DNA from: Peribolospora baueri
Lineage: Eukaryota
Assembly (NCBI GenBank): GCA_029717555.1
Contig: JAMDHS010000020.1
Span: 186,001-250,000, forward strand
Direction: 5' to 3'
Length of the DNA stretch: 64,000 nt
Shown here: positions 37,264 to 49,384 of the stretch, piece after piece
How the letters are laid out: every line of letters begins with the position of its first letter
Numbering within the stretch: position 1 is the first letter of the stretch
Position numbers and translations under genes: made by a program
The notes under the pieces: model-generated
Database searches by the model: none
Told to the model about the DNA's origin: nothing
What the model saw: the letters and a program-made list of their open reading frames with translations, nothing else

Positions 37264-40200
37264 ATGGCGTCGCCATCCGACGGGGAAGTTGCCGCCGTCG
37301 CCAAAGCCGCTCTTGGAGCACAGGGAGAAGAACAAGGCCGACAAAGCACGGTCGACGATCGGCAGGAGCATCCCCATTCTTCCCCTGGCGTCCAGGATGG
37401 TCACGATGGCCGTCATCCCGAGCAGCACCTCGCCGCCGAAGTGGGCGGTGAGGTGGGAGAAGGGCAGGCGGTCACTTCTGCAGAGGAGCACCAGCAAGAG
37501 GAAGAAGACATGGGGCTGAGTGATGATGAGCGAGCCAGAGCGGCGGCCGCGGCGGCGGTCGCAGCTGCTGCCACTGGTGGAGAGGAGTCGTCCTCTCTTC
37601 AAGCAGCCGACACGTCGTCTCCTCTCGGTTCGAGCAGCGCGTTAACCATACCCACCTCCGGCTCTGAGGCGGTGTCGGACGACGAAAACGCCCAGCACAA
37701 CCTCGCCGTGCTCCTCAACGCCATCGAACAGCCCGGCCTCGCCGCCGCCGCCGCCGCTGCCGCCGCCTCTAACGGGGTGCCGACTTCAGCAGCAGCCAAT
37801 CAGCCCGGCCACCCTATTCCGTCGTCCGAACCTCCCAGCTTCAATATTCAGTCTCTCCTCGCTGCTTCGCAGCATCTTGCCTCCCCCCCTGACGATGGCT
37901 CCGTTCGATCAGCCAGTCAGCAGGCCAGCGCCGCTTCTGCCGCCGCTGTCTTCTCGCGTCTGGACCAAGCGGCTCTGGCTCGTGTTCTCGTCGAGGCGCA
38001 TGCTCGCTCTATCGCTGCTGCCGCCGCCGCCGCCGCCGCCAGCGCCGGTCAGTCGCCATCGCCGGGTCCGTCGATGGGAAAGAAGCGTAAATGGGCCGAT
38101 TTACCGTCGGACGACCGTCGTTCAAAAATTAGGCGTACCGTGCGCGACCACCTTGCCATCACCGGTCATGGCGGTGGCTATCTCTCCCCCACCTCCATCA
38201 CGTCTTATACGCAGCAGTCGCGTTCGTCCATGACCACAGTGTCCTGCCTGCATGCATCCGTCGCTCAGAAATCTTACGGCTCCGAGAAGCGCTTCCTCTG
38301 TCCTCCGCCGGTGGTGCGAATCACTGGCCCTCTTCGCCACTATCCTTCTCCATCCTCGGCCATGACGGCCAGCGAAGACGACTGTCCGATCAGCATGGCA
38401 GTCGTCAACGACATGGGCGACCGGTCCGCGGAGCAGAAAAGCGCTTTGGATGAAGCCATGCAGGCGCGCTTCAAATATCTCCACGTCGGAGGCACCGCCA
38501 AGGCGAAGCAGTTCAGGCTGCAGCTCAACTTGCTCAAGCCGCCAGAGCCGGAGCAGCACCGTCAAGATCATCCTCACGCCTTGTCTCAGCTACCCGACGT
38601 TGGCGGTCACCACTTCAGCTCGTCCGGCGAGGATCACTCTGACCCCTCTCACGGTCATCATCAGGACGACGTGAACGGCGACGAGGCTGCAGCTGCTGCC
38701 GCGGTTGCTGCCGTGGCTGCTCAGATAGCTCAGAGTCAGCCTCAGTCCGGTGATGGGTCGGCTGGCCATTCGTCGTCCTCCGGTCCTCCCGCCCTCTCTC
38801 GCTCGCAACCTTGGGCCTCCTTCGAATCAGCTCCGATCACCATCATCTCCAAACCCTCCAAAAAGACGGCCAAGACGCGCAACGCGTCGTCATACATCCT
38901 CTCCGGGTCTCTTGTCAGCCTCTTCAACCGCATCAACAGCCAGACTGTTCGCACGAAGTACATGTGCGTCGAGGACGGCCGGCTGTGCGCTCGCAACAGC
39001 AGTTGGAGCGCCTTTCGCATCACCCAGATCGGCAAGCCTTCGCCTCCTGGGCCCCATGGCGCCGGCGGAGGCATTATGGCTTTGGGCACCGGCGACAACC
39101 AACCCATCACGTACGGCAGCATTGTCGTGCTCACCGATTCGGTCACCGGCGTCAGCAGCGACCCGCTTGTCGTTTGCAAGGTAGACAAGGGCAAGATCAG
39201 CCTACCTCAGCTCCAGCCGACACCACCTGCCGAGCAGACGGGAGACGTGCAGGGGCACCAGGAGGAGCACGCACAGCATGAGACGGAAGAGGAACATCGA
39301 CCAGCAGACGACGTGCAGCATGGACAGGAGCCGAACTCCGGACTTCCTACGGATCCTCAGCTTCGAGCGATGGCCGAAGCGGCCGTCGCGGCTGCAGCGG
39401 CCGCGCAGCAGCAGCAGCAGAAGGAGGTGCTTCAGGACGGGATGAAGAACGAGGTCGAAGGCGCGGAGCAATCATCGAACGACCTTTCGTCCATGGCGGC
39501 CGACGCGGAGCGCGCTGCTGCTGCCGCAGCTGCCGCGCAAGCGTTCTCCGCGCTCAGTGCAAACACTGACGTGGGCGCGTCTGCCGGCGGTCCCGCATCA
39601 TCATCTGCGTCAGCTCCCGCGCAGCAACCTCCCGCAAAGTTGACGGTGACCGAGGACGCGAACGCGTACGGCCCTGTGGCGCAGATGCAAAAGGTGGCCC
39701 TCTTGCGCTACATCCCGGACATTAATCCGGACGGCTCGTCCTCGTCCTTCTTTCGCGTTTCCGAAGGCGGCATTCCCAAGCCCTTGCTCACGGGGCAGAG
39801 GACATATCTATGCGCAACAGTGTTCGAGCGATGGCGCGATGGCGGAACGTCCGAGATGGATCCAGGCGATCTCTCTCCAGCGTTGACTTACCCAGCCGGT
39901 CCACCGCCCCATCCCGGCTCTGGTAGCGTTCCTTCTGCCAGCGCAACTGCCGCATTTGCCGCCAGCGCCCTCGCCGCCGCGCCTGGTCCGAGCGAGATGA
40001 TGGGAGGCTTGCATCAGGAGCATCAACACCAGCAGTCACAGCAGGGACAAGGTCACAGCGGCAACGGTTACGAAACGCCGTCTATGCCGCAGACAGGAAG
40101 CGAGGGCGGAAGGAGCCGCGGTGGCCATCACCGGGCGGCCGCTCACCCGCCCACGAGTGTCTTGAGCTTCGCGCCGCCGAGGACGGAGCGGATCACGAGG

Positions 40201-41419
40201 GAGGATGGGAGCACCATTGAACAGGACAGCGTGGAAGATATATATTGTTGGAGCGTCGTGGGCATTTGTGAGTGCTTGTCGTCTTTGTTGCGTCTTGTAT
40301 TCCGGTTCTCAAGTTGTTATGAGCTCACTCTTTTCTTTTCTTTTCTTTCTTTTCGGTGACCGCTCGACAGCATCGTTCGAATACACTTTTTTCGAGGCCG
40401 CGCCCACCTCGACATCTTCGGCGGGTACCGACGTAGAAGACGAGAACGCCCTCCCGCCTCCTACTCTCCCCATAACGCCTTTCCCCATATTTACCGCGCC
40501 GCCGTACTACAACCTTCGCTCGCACACCCTCGAGCTCAAGGTGCAAAACTACTACTACGCCCTCCCTCCCGAGCATGTCGGCGATGGCATCGGCCAGCAA
40601 AGAAATTCGACTATGGTCCCGCTCGAAGTTTGGCTCGGGCCGCTCGGGCCGCTGGAGACTAAGGTGCAAAACGACGCGCAAAAGACGGGAGAGGCGCTGC
40701 TGACGGTGCAGATGCCCAAGATTCCGGAGATCCTTAAGGCGCTCGACGAAGAGAAGGTGGAGGAGGACCGCGGCCATCACCCACACCAGCTCGGACAGGA
40801 TGGTCGGTCCGCATCCGTTAACCCGGCTTTGCAGACGAGCGCCACCGCCGCCGATGAGAGCGATGTGTCTCGCGGCGATGGGTCAGGCGAGGCGACGACA
40901 AACCGGGGGGGCGAGGGCGTGTCACCTGCTGAGGCTGTTGCCATTGCCGCCGCCGCCATCCGTGGCTCGGATGTGGCCGTGGACGGAGGGTCGGGTGGTG
41001 TGCCGGGTACGCAGAACGCAAGCCTGGACGAGACGCACAATTACCTCGAGGAACCCTCTTCTCCAACGCAGGACCACCATCAGCAGCAGCAACACGCCGC
41101 CGCTGGAGAACATGGGCAGGGCTCGTCGGAACCAGGAGCAGAAGACCATGAGCGCGCGCCCTCATCCTCGTCACCTGCGCCTCCCCCCGCTCCGGTCCCG
41201 GTCCCGCAAACGAAAACGCTCCCGATCCTCTTCATCCGGGGCCTTGACGGCTGCGGGTACCACACGGGCCGGTACGTCGCGGCAGACGACCTGATCGCCC
41301 TCGTTGGAGCTGCGGGCAGCGCGAGCGCTGCGAACGCGCTCAGGAATTTGGGCGTGGGCATCGGCGGGCCGAACGGGTTTGGAGGGACCACTGGCGCTTG
41401 GAGCTTGAGGGTTGTTTGA
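37264..41419 (+). CDS. CSL (CBF1/Su(H)/LAG-1) family transcription factor, fungal type
   Basis: LAG1-DNA-binding motif HASVAQKSYGSEKRFLCPPP, ISKPSKKT, and beta-trefoil LFNRINSQTVRTKYM..SWSAF. Intron 40268-40370 joins WSVVGI|SSFEYTFF. C-terminal LPILFIR..G.GY. Long Ala/Gln/His low-complexity inserts. Confidence 0.93.
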
Positions 41420-41737
41420 ATGCGCGCGAGGCGATGCGAAGCGGCAGTCAATTTTTTCTCCTTTTTTTTCTTTTTTTTTTTTTTCCTTCCTCCTACTTTC
41501 TTCCTTCTTCCGTTGTTACTTTGCGTTCCTCCTCTGGCTGGCCTATGTTCTCTCCGTTCCATGCATGCATGCTATGTGCTGTCGAAGGGCTTTTCCTACA
41601 AAGTAACGAACGTACTGGCTGTCGCACCTCGAAGTGATCTGGAGGTTAGGGTTAGCGCGATCCAAGTGGATGATGCTTCCCTTCCGCTTCTCTCGCGTGC
41701 CCCAGACTGAACGCTTAAGGACGCAGAGGGACGCATC

Positions 41738-44271
41738 ATGGTCCTCCCACCCCAGCGCGGATCTCTCAGCATCCTCCTTTACCATGTCTCTCTGGCAAAG
41801 CCCCGGTGGAGTGATTTTCGTTCGCTTTCCAGCTCCTCGACGAGGTGGCAGCCGCCCAGCCCTGGACCATCCTCCGATCACGCTCCCCGTAACCCGCTCC
41901 AGCAACTACGCGATCTCCGGCGCCTTCTGAACGAGGTCGGCACCAGCAATCGGCCGATATACAAGACGGATGCTTTGCAGCGCACCCCATGGCTCTGGGG
42001 GCTGCTTTTCACGTAAGTGCTATTTTCGACGATCAGTCCACCATCCTCGTTCGAATGCCAGTGGTCGCTCACGGGCAGCGATGGATGCGGGTATATAGTC
42101 GAGACTGACCTTGTTCGGACTCACAGCGTGTACGAACCGGATACGCGCTTCCGCATGTCTTCGGCCGCTTTGTCTGCTTACCTCGAGCTTCGCAAGAAGG
42201 ACAACGCCTGGCAAGCGGACCCGTCGTTACCGACAGCGTCTTTAGCCCGCCGAGGCAAGCAAAAGACCTTCGACGCGGCCTCCCGCGATCTGCTGCTGAT
42301 GAATGCGCCCCACTTCGACTCGGTCGAGGACCTCCTCTCCGCGCTTCGCGACGGAGTTGCGACCGGAATGCAGGCGAAAGCGATGTGCGAGCGCTTCTTG
42401 AAAGAGCACGGCATTTTGGAGGAGGAGCGGAGGATTTGGGAGAGAGGCCAGGGCGCGGCGGGGGAAGACAGTGTGGGAGAGTCGATCGCGCGGCTTTCGT
42501 TGCTGCCTACGCCCTTGGAACTGTTCTATCGTCTCATAGATCGGAACCTCAAGGCAGGATTCAACTATAAGCTTCTTCGCTCGGCTTTCGAGCGTAGTCG
42601 TCAGTTCGACGAAGAGTTCGGCAGGGTTGCTCGATTAAAATCTGCTTCCTCGTCAACAGCCTCCGGTTCCAAGGCGGTTTCAAGCACCAAATGCTCAGCG
42701 ACTTCGACAGGAATTTTTTCGATGCCTAAACCGTTCGAGATCGCTCTGGGAAAGACCATCAAGCGCTCTGAAGTGGATAGTCTTTTCGCCGCCAGACCGA
42801 AAGCGTCGTCGACGCTTTCCGCAGGGACGGGGGACTGGTACGCGTCTCGCAAGCTCGACGGTATACGTTGCCTCGTCTTCATCGACATACCGCTCGCCGT
42901 TATCCAAGAGGAAAACGGACCTGTCGATGCGGACGTGCAGATCAGAACCTTGTCTCGCAGCGGAAAGGAGTTTGTCAGCCTAGATCGACTCAAGGAGGCA
43001 CTCTTGGTCTTAGTCCACTCTCCCGCCATCAAACGCTTGGCTTCCATGTCGGCAAAGCAGACGGAAGAGCTCGGAGGAGACAAGAGTCCTTTGCCGGACT
43101 GCGCGCGGATCGTGCTGGACGGCGAGGTGTGCTCGCTCGTCCCAGCCGGCACTTCGGCCAAGCAGACTGTCGGCGCCGTCCCTTCAACGCAAGACACAGC
43201 CTTCGAGGCGGAAAACGAGCAAATCGAATTCGTCGAGGACTTTCGCTCCATCGCTTCCCTCGTGATGCGTAGGTCGGGAGAGCAAATTCCCTCGCCGGCA
43301 TATTTCGTACTTGACGCGCTCACCTATCCCGAATTTGCGCAGTGGGAGGACTTCGATTCGAGAGGGGGTACCCGATCGTTCAAAGAGAGGAGGGAAATTG
43401 TCGAGGGAATACATGATTGGATAGCGATGGAGGAGGGTCGTCAAGTAGGTTCCCTTGACAGGGAAAAAGGAGCGGCCGTCAAGGCGAAGAAGCTGAGCGA
43501 GGTTGTGAGAAGGTTGGAGCAGAAGTTAGTCAAATCGCCGCACGAGTGCTTGCAGGCGATGGGCGAAGCGTGCACGAAAGGGTGGGAAGGCATCGTCTTG
43601 AGGAGGGACGTGGGCCACGAGGGGAAGAGGAGGTACGTTCCGGTCTGGCGTCCGCTCGATTACGGCGCCTGAAGATGCTGAAAGCTGATGACAATTGGGA
43701 TTGTGGCCATGTCCGGTCCATTGCTCCTGCGCCCCATTGCGTGCGGCCAAATTCAGCTCCAACATCCGCAAGTTCAAAGAATGGAACGATGCAGAGTACG
43801 TCGTCAAGTCTATCGAGTCGAGCCGCCAGCGTTTGGCAGTCAACGGCGTGTATGAGGACAGAGAGGCACTAGCTAACGTGTGGATCGAGCATAAAGGTGC
43901 GTGCCGTGTCGGGCGCTTCGACTGCCATCCTTCTGGCAAACTGGCGCGCCCTCCTGTTCCGTTCATTCACATAGCTGGCCACGTCGCATCTCCTCTCCTG
44001 GCCCATGCTTCGCCCGGTACTTTCCCGAAATGCAGGCCACCCTGTCGCGGTCGGCTCAGGCTTCACCACGGACCAGCGATTACGCTATCACGCGGACCCC
44101 TCCTTGATCGTGGGCAAGCAGATCACCGTCGAGTACTTCGAGGAGAGCGAGAGCAAGGAACGCCTCGCTTCTCTTGCCAGCGCTGACGGAGATAATGGTG
44201 AAGGGCCAGCGCTCAGCTTGCGCTTTCCGAGGGTGAAGCACGTGTATGAAGAGGGAGAGAGGGAGATTTGA
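41738..44271 (+). CDS. ATP-dependent DNA ligase of phage/bacterial (T4-like) architecture, possibly mitochondrial; 4 exons
   Basis: Motif I SRKLDGIR, III VLDGEV, IIIa YFVLDAL, IV WEGIVLR, HEGKRS|SNIRKFK (motif V), VGSGFT, VI LRFPR. Introns 42013-42126, 43633-43756 and 43897-44035 all restore frame. Confidence 0.9.
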
Positions 44272-44687
44272 GGCAACCATGCAAGGTCACCGGATTGAAG
44301 GTCAACTCGTTCAAAGCCAGACTCATCCGATACCCATCCGGACGTCCTGCTTGCCGTGTTCCCTGCACCGACCTAAACTATACGTCGTCGGATCGAGGGC
44401 TAAAAAAATGGAATAAAAAAGAAAAAGAACGGCAAGACAACTCCTCCGCCTGTACGAACCACGCCTTTTCCACTTATCCTGCGGGCACACTGGTACCCAC
44501 AGAGCGCACTGCCCATCTCTCCGTGCAATACGATGCCGTTTCACAAAGAGCACAAGTTATACAAGGTCCGAAGAAAGGAATAGGATAGTCGACGAGGATC
44601 ATGATCTAGAGCGAGCGAGGACGCGGCTCCGGAGCAGACAGGAGGAACAAGGGCGGCACGTAAGGGAGGGGGAGATGCAGACAGAGT

Positions 44688-45647
44688 TCACTGGGAGAGG
44701 ATCTGGCGAACGAAGGCTTCGTAGTTGATGTTGCCGTCGCTGCGAACAGGTATGACGATTCATCAGAAGTAAGTTTAAGTGTAGGCGTCAAGAGAAGATA
44801 GTGACACAACGCGTCCGATTCAACTCACCTCCCGACCTGAACCCCCTTGAGAAGCTCGTCTACCTCCTCTTCCGAGAGCTTCTCTCCGAGGTTGGTGAGG
44901 ACATATCGGAGTTCACCGACACCGATGAAACCGTTTCCATCCTTGTCGAACACTTGGAAGCCGCGGATGAACTCGTCTAAAGGAGAATGATAGCGAGAAG
45001 GTAAGGATGGCGAACGTGTTTGGCATCCAGCGAGCGCACAGGTGCGCCCGCTATCCACATCTTGAGGGAAGACAGAAGGCAATGAGGCGCACCTGGAGTT
45101 CCCGCAGGCTTGAAGCCGTTCGGCCGGTTGAGGATGCTCAGGAAGGTCTTGAAGTCGACTGCAAAGATGTAAGCGTTCGGGCGCAAGCGTCAGTCAGCAG
45201 GCCCTCGCATGTTCGCCTTGCCTAAGAAGAGTAGAAGCCCAGAACCGCCGGTTAAGACTTATAATATGGGGGCAGCCGTGGGTGAGCACTCACTGTCTCT
45301 CGGCGCCTGGCTTGCCAACTCGGCTACCTCAGCCTGCGTGGGGTTCTGTCCGAGAGCGCGAAGCAAGTCACCAAGCGACTCGCGCGGGATGGTGTTAGTG
45401 CCCTTCTTGTCAAAGAGAGTGAAAGCCTCTCGGTATTCTGAGTAGAAGATGCGAGCGCACATAGCCATGTTCATATCGAGTCAGCAAGAGGCTACGCAAG
45501 TATGCAGACACCGGCAGGCCGCGCAGGAAGGAAGGGCTCACCAGCTTCGGCGGCAGACTGAATTGTGAGGATCAGAGTTTGAAGCAGAAAGGTCAGCTGT
45601 GGGCAGTGAACATGCGCGGGGTAGGAGCACGGCTAGACACTGACCAT
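44688..45647 (-). CDS. MLC1: Myosin essential light chain (Cdc4/Mlc1-like EF-hand protein)
   Basis: The first coding exon is ATG only. Then [51 protein letters not shown] and [16 protein letters not shown]. Confidence 0.93.
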
Positions 45648-45894
45648 CTTGGATCGTGACAAAGGTCAAATGAGATGGAGGTGCAGAGCTAAGCAAGTCG
45701 ATCCTTCGTTCCCGCCGGGCTGTTTAGGAGTTCCGACCGCACTGACGCCTGGACAGCGCGCCCCCATCACTCGCCGCAGCCAGTACACGTGATGTCAAAT
45801 ACTACCGCAGCACTCCTAACCCTACCTGACCAGAGTGAGTTGCCGGCTTTCTTCCTGGTGAGCACCGCTCAAGACAACACCGGGCATCCTCGCC

Positions 45895-46758
45895 ATGTCA
45901 CTCCCAGGCTTGCTTCTCCCCGTCTCCCGGACGACCTGCTCCTGCGCCCGAAGCGGGGGCCAAGTCCGGAAGCAGGTCCATAAGCAGGCCCTTCGCTCGT
46001 TTTTCGCCAGCACAGTCTCATTTCGGGACGTCGTCGCACCCGGGTCGTCCCCCGGCCAGCAGGACGTGCTGAACGATACTTTCAAGACGATTGGGGAGAT
46101 TACCCGTCTGACAGCCGAGGAAGAAGCTGGAGATGCGTCTAGTTTCTCTGCGCCGTTGGCTTCAGCGGAGCCTGCCGCGCCAGAAGCCGCGGCGTCGACC
46201 CCGTCACCAAGCGACCCGACAGCCCACCCGTCCTCTTCGCCCTCCTCTCCGACCTCTTCCTTCGCCGCCATGTTCGGCAATCGGTTATCGCCACAGGACG
46301 TTCCGACCACTGGCTACGCTCATTTCGCACCCCCACCGCGCAATGACCCGTTGCTAAGTTTCATGACCAACCTGATCATGAAGAGCGGCAAGAAGGCGCG
46401 CGCAGAGCATTACCTCGGCTCGGCGCTCGCCGAAATCCGCCTACGCACCAACTCGGACCCTCTCCCCCTTGTCCGTCGCGCCGTGGAGATGGCAAGCCCG
46501 CTTGTGCGCATGACCACCTTGCGCACGGGGGCCAAGTCCATCCCCACGCCGTCCCCACTGACGGACAGGCAGAGGACGCGGCAAGCGATCACGTGGATCC
46601 TCGAGGCCAGCAATAAGCGCAACGAGGGGCGCTTCCACGTCCGTCTTGCTCAGGAGCTCATCGCCGTCGTCAATGGTGCTAGTTCCGTGTTGGCCAAGAA
46701 GGAGGAGGTACACCGCATGGCTTTCAACAACAGGGCCAACGCTTCCGTGAGGGTGTGA
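45895..46758 (+). CDS. RSM7: Mitochondrial ribosomal protein uS7m
   Basis: Presequence-like N-terminus. S7 core: MTNLIMKSGKKARA..P.PL..RQR.RQAITWIL..KKEEVHRMAFNNRAN. Intronless. Confidence 0.92.
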   Translation: MSLPGLLLPVSRTTCSCARSGGQVRKQVHKQALRSFFASTVSFRDVVAPGSSPGQQDVLNDTFKTIGEITRLTAEEEAGDASSFSAPLASAEPAAPEAAASTPSPSDPTAHPSSSPSSPTSSFAAMFGNRLSPQDVPTTGYAHFAPPPRNDPLLSFMTNLIMKSGKKARAEHYLGSALAEIRLRTNSDPLPLVRRAVEMASPLVRMTTLRTGAKSIPTPSPLTDRQRTRQAITWILEASNKRNEGRFHVRLAQELIAVVNGASSVLAKKEEVHRMAFNNRANASVRV

Positions 46759-47440
46759 GGAGAGGAAGAAGGCGGACGAGACATGGACGGCGAGCACGGC
46801 GGATGTATCATCGTATCATCTTCTCGTCAGTTGGAGAGGTTCCTTATCAGCGAAGAAGGACGAAGCGGCGAAAGAGTGTTGCAGCATCATTTCCGCATGG
46901 ACACCCGAACGTTGCGAGTCTCGCCTTATAGTGATCATCAAGCATGAGCGACGGACGGTCCCATGTCTCATCCCTTCTCGACTCGATTATTAGTAAATTG
47001 GCTTTCGTTCTTCTCGACCGGTCATTCAGGTAGGGTTGGGGAATCCGAAAGCCTCATCTACGCTGTACACTAGCAACTGCTTGCAGGAAATACTCGGAGC
47101 TCTTCAGAGGCAGAGCGGTCGAATTCCTCGATTGGAATGCGCGCAGAGTCGACAGCGACGACTGAGTACGCTGCGATGGAGTCAGACCGAAAGAGTGAAG
47201 TCATGCATTCGTACAAAGGCCCATACGCGAGAATGGCGGCAGAGGAGAGGGGGATGGGGGCATGTTAAAAGGGACAAGCTTGACCAAGTCGGCGCTCGCC
47301 CGAGTTTGTTTTGAGTACAACGATAGATGAATAGCAGATGCCCGCAACACTCCCCCTGGCACCCGTCTCGCTCGGACAACCCCCCCTCTGCCTCTCTCCT
47401 CCCTCACGACAAGGCCAAGACGATACGCAATCGCATGCGC

Positions 47441-48676
47441 TTAGAAACCTTCTTCCTTGACAACCGTCGACTTCTCTGTTGGATCAAGCACACGGCACAT
47501 TGGCAGGATGAATGAGCGCCAGCAATGGACAGCGCGAGAGCACTGAAGGAGGCCCGACACTCACCGGACACGTAGATACCATCAAGGAATTTACGGATGT
47601 CCTTGTTGCGGACGCGGCAGATGTCGTGGATGGAGGCGGCTATAAAAAGACAGAAGGGCGAACGACGGACGGCGACGAAGGAGTCAGCGGACGCCGTCGC
47701 AGAGCTGTAACGGACTCCCCAACGAAACCAGGTGGCTCCTAAACGGCCAGACTCACCAGATTGAGAAACGTTCTCAATGTCGTTGCCCTCGAGGAGCAAC
47801 TCGTCCTTCTGGGCCTTGGACTCGGATATGGTAACGCCGCCAAGCATGTCGACGTGGCGCACCTGCTTCTCACCCAAGAAGTTACCTAATGTGCGTTCGA
47901 TCCCGAAGGTGAGGAAAAGGAACACGCGAAGGCAGCGTGAGCACACGACCAGAGCATATGCAAAGGGAACCATTCCCTCTTCGGTCCATAATCCAGTAAC
48001 CCCGGCTTCAGGTATCCGTGTCCTTTACCCATCCGTCCCCTCTCCACCCTTGCTCGACTCGCAGCACCTCCAAAGCATTTCGTCCACGCTTCCTGCTAAA
48101 TCGGTCTCCTGTTCCACTCTTACATCCCTCCATAGAACTCGGCTGTCAGCTCGCACTCACGGATCTCGACGCTCTGGCCCTGGGGTCCAATGATGGCGTT
48201 GATGGGAAAGTGGGCGTACACAAGGCGCATCTTGTACTGGAAGCCCTTGGTGACGCCCTTGACCATGTTGGCAATCATGGCCTTGACGGTACGAAGGCAA
48301 GCGACGTGCTTGCGGCCGCCGTGCCAGACAATCATCTTGATCTTGTTCACCTTGCCGTCCGCAGACTTGATGTGTCGGATGTCCATGTTAATGTGCTTGA
48401 CGGCCTGTGGGCGACGAGAAATAGACGGAATGGGTAAGAAAAGCAGTCGCTAGAAATCCCCAGAAGGTGTGCCTCCAATACATGCTGGTCCAACTCCACT
48501 GCGCTCCTTCCACCACCATACGACTGTTCAGGCCACCCCACCCGTAACATGACTGATCGCACACTCGCCTTCTTCAAGCTACCACGGGGACCGCTGACGG
48601 TCACGACCCGAGAGGCGACCGAGACGGTAACGCCCTCGGGGATTTCCAGCTCCTGGTCCTTGTAGATTTGCAACAT
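47441..48676 (-). CDS. RPL9: 60S ribosomal protein L9 (uL6)
   Basis: [71 protein letters not shown]. First intron (48405-48568) is GC-AG. Confidence 0.97.
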
Positions 48677-48829
48677 TGTCGGAAAGGGCGGTGACTTGCG
48701 AGTACGGTCGGGACGAGGAGGATATCCGCTTCGGCACGATGTTGGAGAGTGCTTGCGGGCCGGGCGTTGCTCAGCTTCTGACCGCAGCAGACTGGAAATT
48801 GGTGCTGTACAAGTTTTTATGCAACGTTG

Positions 48830-48859
48830 TAGGGTTAGGGTCAAAGCCAGGTAACCCTA
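48830..48859. promoter_or_regulatory. Inverted telobox pair upstream of RPL9 (TAGGGTTA...TAACCCTA)
   Basis: TAGGGTTAGGG at 48830-48840 and TAACCCTA at 48852-48859, ~155 bp upstream of the RPL9 ATG. Confidence 0.6.
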
Positions 48860-49384
48860 TTCCAAGGCGCGCGTGGCATTACACGGCGCCCGGATCGGTG
48901 CGCCCTTTCACTCACGCTCACCACAACCACCACCTCATCGCACTCACCATCACATCTCGTCCGCTCGTCAGTCTCCCGTGTCTCGTTCGCCTCAGGTCTC
49001 GCTACGCTTCACCGTTTCTGGTGTTGCTGCTGCCATTGGATTAGACCCGAGCTTGTTGCCCGCTGCCGAGTAGGACCTGATCTTGCCCGCTGTCTGAGGT
49101 TACTCGTCTCGCTGTGGCGAAGCGGGGGAAACGAGAGACAGTGAAGAAGAAGCAACAAGAACAGAAGAAGTCCGTCTTTGGATCGTCCTTCACTCCCTCG
49201 CTCTCCTTTCCGTTTGGCGCAGACTTGTCGAGATCCTCGCATCTGACTTGTCGCCGCCACCGTTACGCCTGGGAGCGGTTGCCGTCACTGGTGGGCTCTC
49301 CTTGTCCGATTTCGTCTTGTTCTGTTCGTTTCCGTCTGCGTCCTTTTCTGCCGCGTCTGTTGCTACTGTCTCGTGCTCGTCGCG

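Noticed and set aside
47895..47905. GTTCGATCC B-box/T-loop-like motif
   Set aside because: No cloverleaf or A-box context, and it lies inside an RPL9 intron. No C/D boxes for a snoRNA were evident either.
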